64,000 nucleotides of DNA from contig CBDCSV010000010.1 of NCBI GenBank assembly GCA_965221855.1, forward strand, positions 67,650-131,649, written 5' to 3'. The position numbers and the translations under genes are program-made. The notes beneath the pieces are model-generated. The model ran no database searches. It was given only the letters and a program-made list of their open reading frames with translations, and was not told the DNA's origin. This document shows, in pieces, positions 9,337 to 18,970 of this stretch (the first letter of the stretch is position 1; each line of letters opens with the position of its first letter). The stretch comes from Rhodospirillales bacterium. GTDB taxonomy: Bacteria; Pseudomonadota; Alphaproteobacteria; Rhodospirillales; UBA2165.

Positions 9337-9584
9337 TGCCGTTCCTCCCGTTGCGCCGCGTTTGCGGCAATTTTATTGATTGATATCAGATGGTTACGCC
9401 TAAAGATGGTATAATTACATGCGTAGTCTCGCCGGTTATCTCCCAACCGTCAAGAAACATGGCCTTGCGCCGTTCCGGACACTTGGAGAATTCGGACACC
9501 GTCCTTTCAGTGGTTGAGGGCCGCTAGTCGATCTGCCAAAACTCCCTGCAACAAAAGCCATCCGATCAGCAGGGACCTGAATTC

Positions 9585-10652
9585 ATGCCCATCAAACCGC
9601 CGTCCGGCGTCTCGATCCACAACAAGTCCAAGGCACAGAAGGGCTTCACGCTTTTTGCGCCGATCAGGAAACCCACGGCCTACCTGATCGACATGCAGGG
9701 CAACCCGGTCCACCGCTGGAAGCTCGGGCGCGGCGGCATCAACCACGCCATGCTGCTCGACAACGGGAACCTGTTCATCGCCCAACACGGCGACGGCGGT
9801 CCGCCGCTCATCGCCGGCAAGGGCGGCCTGCTTCGCGAATATGACTGGGACGGAAAGGTCGTCTGGGAGCACTACGACGAGATGCAGCACCATGATGCGC
9901 GGCGGCTGAAGAACGGCAACGCCATCTACATTGCCTGGGAACCGCTGCCGAAGAAGCTGCATCGCCGGGTCAAGGGCGGCCTGCCCGGCAGCGAGGCCCC
10001 GGACGGTCATATATACGGCGACGTCATTCGCGAGGTGAACCCGTCCGGCGACATCGTCTGGGAGTGGCGCTCCAGCGAGCTCGAGATCGAGGACTATCCA
10101 ATCGTTCCGCTTTGGAATCGCGAGGAGTTCGCCCATGCCAATACGGTCGCGCCGATGCCCAACGGTGATCTTCTCCTGAGCTTCCGGGTGATCAACACCA
10201 TCATGATCATCGACAAGAAGACCCGGAAGGTGAAGTGGGAGATGCGGGACGAACGGTTCGGCGGCCAGCACGACTGCCATATGCTTCCCAACCGAAAAAT
10301 TCTGGTCTTCGCGAACGGGCAGCTCACCGGCTGGGAGCATCCCCATTCGCGGATCGTGGAAATCGATCCCAAAACCAAAAAGTGGGGCTGGCAGTACCGT
10401 GCCGAACGGGGCCTCGACTTCTTCAGTCCGCATATTTCCGGCGCGCAGCGCCTGCCGAACGGCAACACGCTGATTTGCGAAGGCGGATACGGCCGCCTGT
10501 TCGAGGTGACCCGCGAGGGAAAAATCGTCTGGCAGTTCGTCAATCCCCATCACTCGCCTCACCCGGTGCTCGGCGAGCACAACTGGGTGTTCCGGGCCTA
10601 TCGCTATACCGCCGACAGCAAACAGATCCGCCGCCGCGCCAAACAGTCATAG
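9585..10652 (+). CDS. Arylsulfotransferase (ASST)-like beta-propeller protein, paralogue 1, no signal peptide
   Basis: 355 aa with repeated NGN/DG blades and the motifs HHDA, AHANTV and GGQHDCH. It aligns end to end with the next gene. Confidence 0.6.
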   Translation: MPIKPPSGVSIHNKSKAQKGFTLFAPIRKPTAYLIDMQGNPVHRWKLGRGGINHAMLLDNGNLFIAQHGDGGPPLIAGKGGLLREYDWDGKVVWEHYDEMQHHDARRLKNGNAIYIAWEPLPKKLHRRVKGGLPGSEAPDGHIYGDVIREVNPSGDIVWEWRSSELEIEDYPIVPLWNREEFAHANTVAPMPNGDLLLSFRVINTIMIIDKKTRKVKWEMRDERFGGQHDCHMLPNRKILVFANGQLTGWEHPHSRIVEIDPKTKKWGWQYRAERGLDFFSPHISGAQRLPNGNTLICEGGYGRLFEVTREGKIVWQFVNPHHSPHPVLGEHNWVFRAYRYTADSKQIRRRAKQS

Positions 10653-10674
10653 CCACAGACAGGAAATCCCAACC

Positions 10675-11742
10675 ATGCCCGTCAAACCCGAACCCGGTGT
10701 CTCCGTTTGGAAGAAGAGCAAAGCCCAGCGCGGCTTCACCCTGGTCACGCCGATCACCGCCCCCTATACCCGATTGGTCGACATGGAAGGCAACGTGGTC
10801 CACGAGTGGCAGCTCAAATCGCGGGACGCCAATTACGGCCGCCTGCTGCCCAACGGCAATTTGTTCTCCAACGAGCGCGAAATGTCTCTCGGCCCGGAAC
10901 TGTGGGCGGGCAAGGGCGGCGCCATGCGCGAATACGATTGGGACGGCAATCTGGTCTGGGAGCATGTCGATGAGATGCAGCATCACGACGCCCGGATGCT
11001 GCCCAACGGCCACTGCATCTACATTGCCTGGAAGAAGCTGTCCAACAAGCAGGCCAAGAAGGTCAGAGGCGGCCTGCCGGGCACGGAAATGCCGGACGGC
11101 TCGATCCTCGGCGATGTGGTGCGCGAAGTCGACCGCAAGGGCAAGGTGGTCTGGGAATGGTTCGTCGGCGACCTGAAATTTAAGGATCACCCCATTGGAC
11201 CGTTCGCGCCCCGGCACGAATGGGCCCATGCCAACACCGTCGCGCCGATGAACAACGGCGACATCCTCGTGAGCTTCCGGGTCACCAATACCATCATCTG
11301 CATCGGCAAGAAGTCCGGGAAGGTGAAGTGGTTCATCCGGGACGACCAGTGGGGCGGACAGCACGACTGCCATCAGCTGGAGAACGGCAACATCCTGATG
11401 TTCGCCAACGGCAATTTCGCCCCGGGGCGCCACCCCTATTCCAGGGTGGTGGAGTTCAAGCCGAAGTCGGGGAAACCGGTCTGGGAATACAAGGACGAGA
11501 CCGCGCTCAACTTCCTGAGCCCGCACATCTCCGGCTGCCAGCGGTTGTCCAACGGCAATACGCTGGTCTGCGAGGGCGGCTATGGGCGGCTCTTCGAGGT
11601 GACGCCGGAGGGGGAACTGGTCTGGCAATATGTGTGCGACTACGAAGGCGCGCACCCGGCCGCCGGCAAAATGAACTGGATTTTCCGCACCTATCGCTAC
11701 ACGGCGTCTTCGCCGGAGATCCGGCGGCGGCTGAAACTTTAG
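10675..11742 (+). CDS. Arylsulfotransferase (ASST)-like beta-propeller protein, paralogue 2, no signal peptide
   Basis: 355 aa, the same length as paralogue 1 and gap-free against it, at roughly 55-60% identity by eye. It starts 22 nt after paralogue 1. Confidence 0.6.
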   Translation: MPVKPEPGVSVWKKSKAQRGFTLVTPITAPYTRLVDMEGNVVHEWQLKSRDANYGRLLPNGNLFSNEREMSLGPELWAGKGGAMREYDWDGNLVWEHVDEMQHHDARMLPNGHCIYIAWKKLSNKQAKKVRGGLPGTEMPDGSILGDVVREVDRKGKVVWEWFVGDLKFKDHPIGPFAPRHEWAHANTVAPMNNGDILVSFRVTNTIICIGKKSGKVKWFIRDDQWGGQHDCHQLENGNILMFANGNFAPGRHPYSRVVEFKPKSGKPVWEYKDETALNFLSPHISGCQRLSNGNTLVCEGGYGRLFEVTPEGELVWQYVCDYEGAHPAAGKMNWIFRTYRYTASSPEIRRRLKL

Positions 11743-11746
11743 CCGT

Positions 11747-12187
11747 TTACGCCGCCGGGCGCTTGCGCAGCATCACCGGGCGCCCGGCCTTGCCGGCGAT
11801 TTTCCAGCCGCTATCGGTGCGCACCAGTTTTTCCTGGTAGAGGAAGATGACGCCGGGCCCCTCCAAGGGCGCCGGGCCGTCCAGCTTTTCTTCGCCGATA
11901 TGCCGGTAGATGGTTACGTATTCGGCGCTCTCGGCGTTGTCCTCGTCGAGCACGCGGATATCCAAATTCGTGACGCAGTGCCGGATGACCATGCCCTCCT
12001 CGCGGTCCTGCATTGCCGCCATGATGGCATCCCGCCCCTCCAGCATCTCGCCCTGGCGCTTCCAGGTGCCGTTCTCGGCGAAGAGATCAACCAACTCGTC
12101 GTAACGGCCTGCATCAAGGCTATTGTAGAAGCGCGTGACGACCTGCGCGCAATCCCACTCGATTTGGCGTTCCTTCTCTCTTTCCAT
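11747..12187 (-). CDS. SnoaL-like / NTF2-fold protein
   Basis: 146 aa from MEREKERQIEWDCAQVVTRFYNSLDAGRYDELVDLFAENGTWKRQGE, a typical SnoaL_4/ring-hydroxylating beta-subunit-like N-terminus. The track start was trimmed. Confidence 0.6.
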   Translation of the reverse strand: MEREKERQIEWDCAQVVTRFYNSLDAGRYDELVDLFAENGTWKRQGEMLEGRDAIMAAMQDREEGMVIRHCVTNLDIRVLDEDNAESAEYVTIYRHIGEEKLDGPAPLEGPGVIFLYQEKLVRTDSGWKIAGKAGRPVMLRKRPAA

Positions 12188-12391
12188 CGGCCTTGTCCCC
12201 TGGTTAACCGGTGCGCTCACCGTACAGTTTTTCAAATATCCCATCGATACCAATTTTAGCCATTGAAAATGCGCGCGGGGTCCGGTTGACTATTTTCACA
12301 GGGAACGGGCTCGTGCCGCGCAGTGATTTCGGGAACAATCGGAACCGGCGCGGCTTTCAATGGGCCGGACATTTGGCATGGGAGGCATCCC

Positions 12392-13309
12392 GTGGCGCAG
12401 TTTCTGCTGCAACGGCTGACAATTTCTCTCCTGGTCGCGATCACCGTATCGATTATCGGTTTCAGCTTGCTGCGCCTCTCCGGCGATCTGGCGGCGGAAC
12501 TGGCGGGCGAGGATGCCACCCAGGAAGAGATAGCCCAGGTGGCCAAAGCCTACGGCCTGGACCGGCCATTTCACATTCAATACCTGGACTGGGTCGGCAA
12601 GGCCCTGCAGGGCGACTTGGGCCGCTCCCTGTTCACCAACGAGCCGGTTCTCGAGCTGATCACCACCCGGTTGCCGGTCACCGTGCAGCTCGCCACCTAT
12701 TCGCTGATCCTCGCCCTGCTGGTGGCGCTTCCGCTGGGTGTGCTGGCGGCAATGAAGCAGAATACCTGGATCGACCGACTATCCCTCTCCATTGCGGTTT
12801 TCGGTCAGGCCATTCCGAGCTTCTGGTTTGCCCTGCTGATGATCCTGTTCTTTGGCGTGATCCTGCAGTGGCTTCCCATTTCCGGCACGGACACATGGCG
12901 GCATTTCATTATGCCCACCATCACGCTCAGCACCTTCGCGATGCCCCAGTTCATGCGGCTCACGCGGACCGGCATGCTGGACGTTCTGGAATCCGATTTT
13001 ATTCGGACCGCCCGGGCGAAGGGCCTGAGCCCCGTAATCGTGCTGTGGAAGCACGCGCTCAGAAACGCGGTCCTGCCCGTCGTCTCGCTGGCGGCCGTGG
13101 CGTTCGGGTTTCTTCTCGGCGGATCGTTCATCGTTGAGTCCATTTTCGCCGTCAACGGCGTCGGCTTCCTCGCGCTCGAATCCATCATTCGACAGGATTT
13201 CCCCGTGGTGCAGTCCATCGTCGTCTTTATTTCCTTCGTCTACATCGTGTTGACGCTCCTCTCCGACCTGATCAACGCGCAGCTCGATCCACGCATTCGG
13301 CTGACCTAG
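12392..13309 (+). CDS. Opp/Dpp-type ABC transporter permease (DppB-like)
   Basis: GTG start with GGGAGG 6 nt upstream. It reads VAQFLLQRLTISLLV... and ends ...DPRIRLT. It has 6 TM helices and an EAA-like loop. Confidence 0.85.
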   Translation: MAQFLLQRLTISLLVAITVSIIGFSLLRLSGDLAAELAGEDATQEEIAQVAKAYGLDRPFHIQYLDWVGKALQGDLGRSLFTNEPVLELITTRLPVTVQLATYSLILALLVALPLGVLAAMKQNTWIDRLSLSIAVFGQAIPSFWFALLMILFFGVILQWLPISGTDTWRHFIMPTITLSTFAMPQFMRLTRTGMLDVLESDFIRTARAKGLSPVIVLWKHALRNAVLPVVSLAAVAFGFLLGGSFIVESIFAVNGVGFLALESIIRQDFPVVQSIVVFISFVYIVLTLLSDLINAQLDPRIRLT

Positions 13310-13319
13310 AGAGCGCGGT

Positions 13320-14249
13320 ATGGCACCTCAGGATCAGGCGACATCACAGACGGCAAACGGCTTCACCGCGGAGGAGTTCGAAGTCGAGGCGCCCTCCCCG
13401 CGCGAGGTGATGCGGCGGCGGGCCAAACGCCATTTCGGGCTGATCATCGGCGGCGGCGTCGTCTCCATCACCATCGTCTGTGCCGTATTCGCGCCGTTGA
13501 TAGCGCCGTTCGACCCGTATGAGCAGGACCTCACCCGCCGGCTGATTGATCCGGTGTGGGGCGAAGACGGCACCTGGACGCACCCGCTGGGCACCGACGG
13601 CTTTGGCCGCGACTTCCTCAGCCGGCTGATTTTCGGCGCCCGGATCTCTCTCACCATCGGATTTTTCGCCGCCAGTATCGCGGCGGTGGTCGGTTCCATC
13701 ATCGGGATGGTTGGCGGATACTTCGGCGGCCGGGTCGATGCGGTCGTCATGTACCTGATCAACAGCAAACTCGCTCTGCCGCCCATCCTCGTCGCGTTGT
13801 CGGTGGTCTCGGTATTCGGCGGCGCCATTCCGGTGCTCATCGCGGTCCTGGCCGCTCTCTTCTGGGATCGCTATGCCGTGGTCACCCGGAGCGTCACCCA
13901 GCAAATCCGCAATCAGGACTTCATCGCCGCGGCCCAGGCCGCCGGCTGCTCCAACGCACGGATCATTCTGTCCGAGGTGCTGCCCAACCTCGCCAACCAG
14001 ATCATCGTCATCGCCAGTCTGGAGATGGCGGTTGCCATTCTGGTCGAGGCCGTCCTGTCGTTTTTCGGCCTCGGCGTCCAGCCGCCGACCCCGTCCTGGG
14101 GCCTGATGGTCTCCGAGGGCCGGGATTTCATGTACTTCGACCCCTATCTGATTACCATCCCCGGACTTGCCATCTTCGTCCTTGTGATCGCCATCAACAT
14201 GATGGGTGACGGCGTCCGCGACATCACCGCCCCCGAGGGGCGGAACTAA
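13320..14249 (+). CDS. Opp/Dpp-type ABC transporter permease (DppC-like)
   Basis: 309 aa with the HPLGTDGFGRDFLSRLIFGAR motif and a C-terminal GDGVRD. Confidence 0.85.
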   Translation: MAPQDQATSQTANGFTAEEFEVEAPSPREVMRRRAKRHFGLIIGGGVVSITIVCAVFAPLIAPFDPYEQDLTRRLIDPVWGEDGTWTHPLGTDGFGRDFLSRLIFGARISLTIGFFAASIAAVVGSIIGMVGGYFGGRVDAVVMYLINSKLALPPILVALSVVSVFGGAIPVLIAVLAALFWDRYAVVTRSVTQQIRNQDFIAAAQAAGCSNARIILSEVLPNLANQIIVIASLEMAVAILVEAVLSFFGLGVQPPTPSWGLMVSEGRDFMYFDPYLITIPGLAIFVLVIAINMMGDGVRDITAPEGRN

Positions 14250-14258
14250 GGGGCGGAC

Positions 14259-15326
14259 ATGGTTGCCGACACCGCGGATATTCCCTACGGCGAAGACTCG
14301 ATCCTGGAGGTCCGGGGCATGAACGTGGATATCAGCGTTCCCGCGGGAACGCTGCACGCGGTCACCAACTCGATGTTTCACGTGAAACAAGGCGAGACCC
14401 TCTGCATCGTCGGCGAGTCTGGCTGCGGGAAATCCATCACCTCGCTCGCGGTGATGGGGCTGCTGCCGAGCAACGCCACGGTCACGGCGGATATGCTGAA
14501 GTTCGAGGGCCGGGATCTGCTGTCCATGAGCCAGAAACAGCTCTCCGAACTGCGCGGCAACCGAATGGGCATGATCTTCCAGGACCCGATGACGTCCCTG
14601 AACCCGGTCTACACCATCGGCAACCAGATACAGGAAATCTACGTCCGGCACGGCAAGGGCAACGCCGGCCAAGCCAAGGACCGGGCGATCTATCTGCTGG
14701 AGAAGGTGGGCATCACCGCCGCCGAAAGCCGGCTCGGCCAATACCCCCATCAGCTTTCGGGGGGTCTGCGTCAGCGGGTGATGATCGCCATGATGCTGAT
14801 GAACGACCCGGTTCTGATCATTGCCGATGAACCGACCACCGCGCTCGACGTCACGATCCAGGCGCAGATTCTCCATCTGCTGGCCGATCTGCAAAAAGAA
14901 TTCAACATGGCGCTGATCCTGATCACTCATGATCTGGGCGTGGTCGCCAGGATCGCCGATCGGGTGGCCGTCATGTACGCGGGCTACATGGTTGAAACCG
15001 GCTCTTCCGACGAAGTGTTCAATGCGCCCATGCATCCCTACACCCAGGGCCTGATCGACTGCATCCCCATTCCCGGCAAGACCGAGCGCGGCGCCCAACT
15101 CGGGTCCATTCCCGGGATCGTTCCGGCCCTGGTCGGCGACCAGGAAGGCTGCATGTTCCGGAGCCGCTGCGACTATGCCCAGGAGGTCTGCGGGACCGGC
15201 GTCATCGAGCGCCAGGCGCTCGGCGAACTTCGCGGCTATCGCTGCGTCATCGGGCCCGAACAGGCACAGGCCAATCTTCAAGCCAGCCGCGCGAAGGCGG
15301 CGGTGGCGGCGGGGGAACAAGGATGA
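14259..15326 (+). CDS. Opp/Dpp-type ABC transporter ATP-binding protein (DppD-like)
   Basis: Walker A GESGCGKS, signature LSGGLRQR, Walker B IIADEPT, and a C-terminal oligopeptide-type extension. Confidence 0.9.
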   Translation: MVADTADIPYGEDSILEVRGMNVDISVPAGTLHAVTNSMFHVKQGETLCIVGESGCGKSITSLAVMGLLPSNATVTADMLKFEGRDLLSMSQKQLSELRGNRMGMIFQDPMTSLNPVYTIGNQIQEIYVRHGKGNAGQAKDRAIYLLEKVGITAAESRLGQYPHQLSGGLRQRVMIAMMLMNDPVLIIADEPTTALDVTIQAQILHLLADLQKEFNMALILITHDLGVVARIADRVAVMYAGYMVETGSSDEVFNAPMHPYTQGLIDCIPIPGKTERGAQLGSIPGIVPALVGDQEGCMFRSRCDYAQEVCGTGVIERQALGELRGYRCVIGPEQAQANLQASRAKAAVAAGEQG

Positions 15327-16303
15327 ACGCCGATGCGCCCGTCCTCGAATGCCGCGACGTCAGCCGCACCTTCATGATCGGCAAGGGCCCGTTCGTTCAG
15401 AAGAAGCCGCTTCGTGCGGTGCAGGATGTCAGCCTCAGTATCGAGCGCGGCGAGGTCCTGGCCGTCGTCGGTGAATCGGGATGCGGCAAGACCACGCTGG
15501 CGAAGATGCTGCTCGGCCTGCTGCCGCCGTCCGGCGGCGAAATCTTCTTCGAGGGCGTGCCGCTCAGCTCGGTCGACCGGCATGCTGTATCGCGGCGCAT
15601 CCAGCCGGTGTTTCAGGACCCCTACTCATCCCTCAACCCGCGGAAAACCCTGGCCTCGATCATCTCCCTTCCGCTCGACGTCCACAGGATCGGCACGCCC
15701 GACGAACGCAAGCGGCGGGTCGAGGAGATCATGGAACTGGTCGGCCTGCCGCGCCGGCTGCTCTACTCGTACCCGAGCCAACTGTCCGGCGGCCAGCGCC
15801 AGCGCGTGGCCATCGCCCGGGCGCTGGCCATCAAGCCGGAGATACTGGTCTGCGACGAGCCCACGTCGGCGCTGGACGTGTCGGTACAGGCGCAGATCCT
15901 GAACCTGCTCCAGGAACTTCGGGACGAACTCAACCTGACCTACGTGTTCATCAGCCACAATCTGGCCGTGGTCGAGCACATGTCCACCCGGGTGGCGGTG
16001 ATGTACCTGGGACGCCTGATCGAGTTCGGCACCGCGGCGCAGGTCTTCGACGACCCCAAACACCCCTATACCTCGGCATTGCTGGATTCGGTCCTGACGC
16101 CCGAACCCCAATACGGCCTGCCCGAAATCACCACCATGGGGCGGGAATTTCCCAACCCCCTCAATCCGCCGCCGGGGTGCGCCTTTCACCCCCGGTGCCC
16201 CAGGGCCATGGATGTCTGCAGTCAGGCGCAGCCCCGGCCGACCGATGAGAACGGCCGGCTGCTGGAATGCCATCTCTATGGCGAGGAAACCGCGGCGGCG
16301 TGA
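15323..16303 (+). CDS. Opp/Dpp-type ABC transporter ATP-binding protein (DppF-like)
   Basis: Walker A GESGCGKT, LSGGQRQR, LVCDEPTSALD. It has an ATGA overlap with the upstream ATPase gene. Confidence 0.9.
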   Translation: MNADAPVLECRDVSRTFMIGKGPFVQKKPLRAVQDVSLSIERGEVLAVVGESGCGKTTLAKMLLGLLPPSGGEIFFEGVPLSSVDRHAVSRRIQPVFQDPYSSLNPRKTLASIISLPLDVHRIGTPDERKRRVEEIMELVGLPRRLLYSYPSQLSGGQRQRVAIARALAIKPEILVCDEPTSALDVSVQAQILNLLQELRDELNLTYVFISHNLAVVEHMSTRVAVMYLGRLIEFGTAAQVFDDPKHPYTSALLDSVLTPEPQYGLPEITTMGREFPNPLNPPPGCAFHPRCPRAMDVCSQAQPRPTDENGRLLECHLYGEETAAA

Positions 16304-16358
16304 CATCCGGCCCGCATTTCAGGGTCATAGTCTGCGCGGCGTGGCAAAGGCCGGGCGT

Positions 16359-16381
16359 AAAAAAACCGCCGAAAACGGCGG
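16359..16381 (-). terminator. Candidate intrinsic terminator acting on the minus strand
   Basis: CCGCCG-AAAA-CGGCGG stem-loop (16366..16381). It is preceded on the plus strand by A7, which reads as a T7 tract after the hairpin on the minus strand. Confidence 0.5.
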
Positions 16382-16762
16382 CTGCGGGTCGAACGGCTGG
16401 AGCGATGCGCACGGCTCCCGATCCTAGGAAAAATATATACCATAACTGTCGCATATGTCGCAAGCTTTTTTTTAATTTTTTTCATAAAATCGTAGAATTT
16501 ACATAAAACCCAGGAAAACCAGTCGTTACGGCAAAAAAAAAGTTGCCGAGAGGCATGGGAGTCGTCGTCCATTGCGGCGTAAACGGTTGGTCTTGGAATT
16601 AAATCTTCAAAAAACGTGAATTCAACGGGTTGACAGAAGAACCCAGCCCCCGGGATGAACTCACGAAAAATCTTCCGGTCCGGCGTCGTCGGACGGGTTT
16701 CGGCGCGCCCGTGGACGCGCGGCGCGCGTCGCGCAGACCATGACCCTGGCGGGAAATGCGGG

Positions 16763-17644
16763 CTATTCGAAGCCGTAGAGGCGGTTGGGGTTGTCGACCA
16801 GCAGCTTTTGGCGAAGCTCTTCGTCAACGGCGAACTTGGGAATGATGTCGACCAGTTCGCCGTCATCCGGCACCTGCCCCGGTTTCATGTTGGGGTGCGG
16901 CCAGTCGGTGCCCCAGAGCACCCGGTCCGGCGCCTTTTCGACCAGAGCCCTGGCGATCGCCGCGGCATCGTCATAGGGCGAACCGGTCTTGGAGATTCTC
17001 TCCGAACCGCTCACCTTCACCCAAACGTTGTCGTATTCCATGAACTTCAGGAGCGTCTGCATGGGCGCGGCCTCGAGGCCCTGGGACGGGTCCACCCGGC
17101 CCATGTGATCGATGACGATGGGCAGGGGCAGCTTGGCGAACATGTCCTCGTAATCGACGATGTCCCGGTCATCCAGATGCAGCACCACGTGCCAGCCGAG
17201 TTCGGCGATGCGGGGGATGACGTTATGGAAAACGTCCAAATCCGGGGGTCCGCCGAGATGGCGGACGAAATTGAACCTGGCCGCCAGGACCCCGCCCGCG
17301 GTCAGGTCGGCCAACTCCTCGTCCGTGACGTCGTCGTCGACCATGCCGACGCCCTTGTAACGGCCGTTGCTGGTCCGGATGGCGTCAACCATCGCCGAAT
17401 TGTCGGTGCCATGGCAGCTCGCCTGAACGATCACGCAGCGCTCGATGCCCAGGTGGTCGTGAAGAGCCTTCAGGTCCGCCTTGGATGCGTCGGGCGGGGT
17501 GTAGCTGCGGTTCGGCGCGTAAGGGAACAGCGCGCCCGGGCCGAATACATGACAGTGGGCGTCGCAGGCCTTTGCCGGCATTTCAAAGCCCGGTTTGCGG
17601 GGGTCCGGGTGCGGGGCCAGGATATCCGGCACGAACTCGGTCAT
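16763..17644 (-). CDS. ligI: 2-pyrone-4,6-dicarboxylate lactonase (LigI-type amidohydrolase)
   Basis: 293 aa with DAHCHVFGP, HVVLHLD, IDHMGR and WGTDWPHPN, the LigI/amidohydrolase-2 pattern. It lies immediately downstream of galD. Confidence 0.75.
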   Translation of the reverse strand: MTEFVPDILAPHPDPRKPGFEMPAKACDAHCHVFGPGALFPYAPNRSYTPPDASKADLKALHDHLGIERCVIVQASCHGTDNSAMVDAIRTSNGRYKGVGMVDDDVTDEELADLTAGGVLAARFNFVRHLGGPPDLDVFHNVIPRIAELGWHVVLHLDDRDIVDYEDMFAKLPLPIVIDHMGRVDPSQGLEAAPMQTLLKFMEYDNVWVKVSGSERISKTGSPYDDAAAIARALVEKAPDRVLWGTDWPHPNMKPGQVPDDGELVDIIPKFAVDEELRQKLLVDNPNRLYGFE

Positions 17645-17662
17645 TCGTCGCTTCCTCTCGGG

Positions 17663-18778
17663 TTATTCGGCGGCCACTGGCCGGGATTGATGTCCGTCCC
17701 AAACCGATTTGGGGATCAGTACGCTGCCTTCGAAGAGGCGGCGCGCCGTCCTGAGCAGGGCGGCCCGCTTGATGACCGGACCGGCTTCCGAACCCTCCAT
17801 CTCCATTTCCACGGAGAACTCGCCCGTCGGGTGCTCGACGGACATGAGCTTCGGCGAGCCCTCCGGCAATCGCGCAACGTCGGCGGCCACCGACCCCTCG
17901 ACGGCGCACGCGGTTGCGACGGAAACGGCCGCGAACACGCCGATAGCGGCATGACAGTCATGAGGGATAAAGGACCGGGTGCAGACCGCGCCGCCCGCTT
18001 GCGGCGGTGCGACCAAAGTCATCTTGGGAACGGTCTTTCCGGCAACGTCGCCCAGATTCATCATCCCGCCGATCGCCAGCCTAATTTCCTCGAGCCGTTC
18101 CTTGAGCCGCGCATCTCCGTTCAACTCGTCGCGGCCTTCGTAACCGGTGCGGCCCAAGGATTCGGCATTGATGCAAGCCACGGGCATTCCGTTGTCGATC
18201 ATGGTGACGGGCACGCCCAGCACCTCGTCCCGCGCATTCCCGGTCGGGAGCAGCGCACCGCACAACGAGCCCGCCATGTCGAGGAAGTTGATCATCACCG
18301 GCGCGGCGGCGCCCGGTACGCCGTCGATCCGCGCCTCGCCGTCATATTGCGGCTGTCCGTCCGGCGACGGGAAGGTCACGTCGCACAAACTGTCCGAATT
18401 CGCCATGTAAACCCGAAGGGTGGTCTCCGGATCGCCGCCCTCGATCATCCCCGCTTCGATGGCGAATTGCCCGACCCCGGCCAGGATATTGCCGCAGTTC
18501 TGGAGCGTCGTGGCGCGCGGTTCATCGACCGCGACCTGGACGAACAGGTATTCGAGGTCGACGCCGTCGCGTTCCGACCGGCTGACCACGCCGACCTTGC
18601 TGGTCAGCGGGTTGGCCCCGCCCACGCCGTCAATCTGCCGGTCGTCGGGAGACCCCATCACCGAAAGCAGAACCGCGTCCCGGACGGCCGGGTCGGCCGG
18701 CAGATCCTCGGCGCGGAAATAGGCGCCCTTGGAGGTGCCGCCGCGCATCATGACGCAGGGGATGGCTGTCTGACTCAT
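17663..18778 (-). CDS. galD: 4-oxalomesaconate tautomerase (PrpF superfamily; GalD/LigU)
   Basis: 371 aa from MSQTAIPCVMMRGGTSKGAYF, then QIDGVGGANPLTSKV, NCGNILAGVG and RSFIPHDCHAAIGVF. This gives close collinearity with my recollection of Pseudomonas putida GalD. The track start was trimmed. Confidence 0.8.
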   Translation of the reverse strand: MSQTAIPCVMMRGGTSKGAYFRAEDLPADPAVRDAVLLSVMGSPDDRQIDGVGGANPLTSKVGVVSRSERDGVDLEYLFVQVAVDEPRATTLQNCGNILAGVGQFAIEAGMIEGGDPETTLRVYMANSDSLCDVTFPSPDGQPQYDGEARIDGVPGAAAPVMINFLDMAGSLCGALLPTGNARDEVLGVPVTMIDNGMPVACINAESLGRTGYEGRDELNGDARLKERLEEIRLAIGGMMNLGDVAGKTVPKMTLVAPPQAGGAVCTRSFIPHDCHAAIGVFAAVSVATACAVEGSVAADVARLPEGSPKLMSVEHPTGEFSVEMEMEGSEAGPVIKRAALLRTARRLFEGSVLIPKSVWDGHQSRPVAAE

Positions 18779-18859
18779 GGGCCGGATTATACTTGGACTG
18801 CGCCCGAGCGCCATTCCCGCCGAAATTCCCGGTCGCTTGGCGGACAATGGCGCGAAGGT

Positions 18860-18892
18860 AAAAAAGGCGGGACGGGCAAGGGCCCGTCCCGC
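18860..18892 (-). terminator. Intrinsic terminator on the minus strand
   Basis: Perfect 11-bp stem GCGGGACGGGC/GCCCGTCCCGC with a 4-nt loop (18867..18892). It is followed on the minus strand by T6 (A6 at 18860..18865 on the plus strand). It lies between the NMT1-like gene and galD. Confidence 0.75.
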
Positions 18893-18895
18893 GCC

Positions 18896-18959
18896 TAGAT
18901 CGGATCATGTTTTGACGGAACCACGGCGCGGTTTCGTCAAAACATGTGAATCCGATCTA
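18896..18959. mobile_element. MITE (about 64 bp) derived from IS630-type terminal inverted repeats, copy 1
   Basis: TAGATCGGATCATGTTTTGACGGAACC...GGTTTCGTCAAAACATGTGAATCCGATCTA. The arms match the IS630 type A right IR (TAGAGCGTTTCATATTTTGACGGAAGCG) at 22 of 28 positions by my alignment. It starts and ends with TA. Confidence 0.65.
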
Positions 18960-18970
18960 TTTCAATAGTG

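Noticed and set aside
13344-15320. Very long antisense or out-of-frame ORFs in the track. Examples are 13344..15320 (-) 658 aa, 16655..18898 (+) 747 aa, 44024..46360 (+) 778 aa, 31067..32893 (+) 608 aa, 34213..35742 (-) 509 aa and 54805..56001 (-).
   Set aside because: They overlap genes with clear family signatures on the other strand or in another frame. Their translations are Arg/Gly/Ala/Pro/Asp-rich low-complexity strings, which is typical of stop-poor alternative frames in high-GC DNA. I recognised no domain motifs in them.
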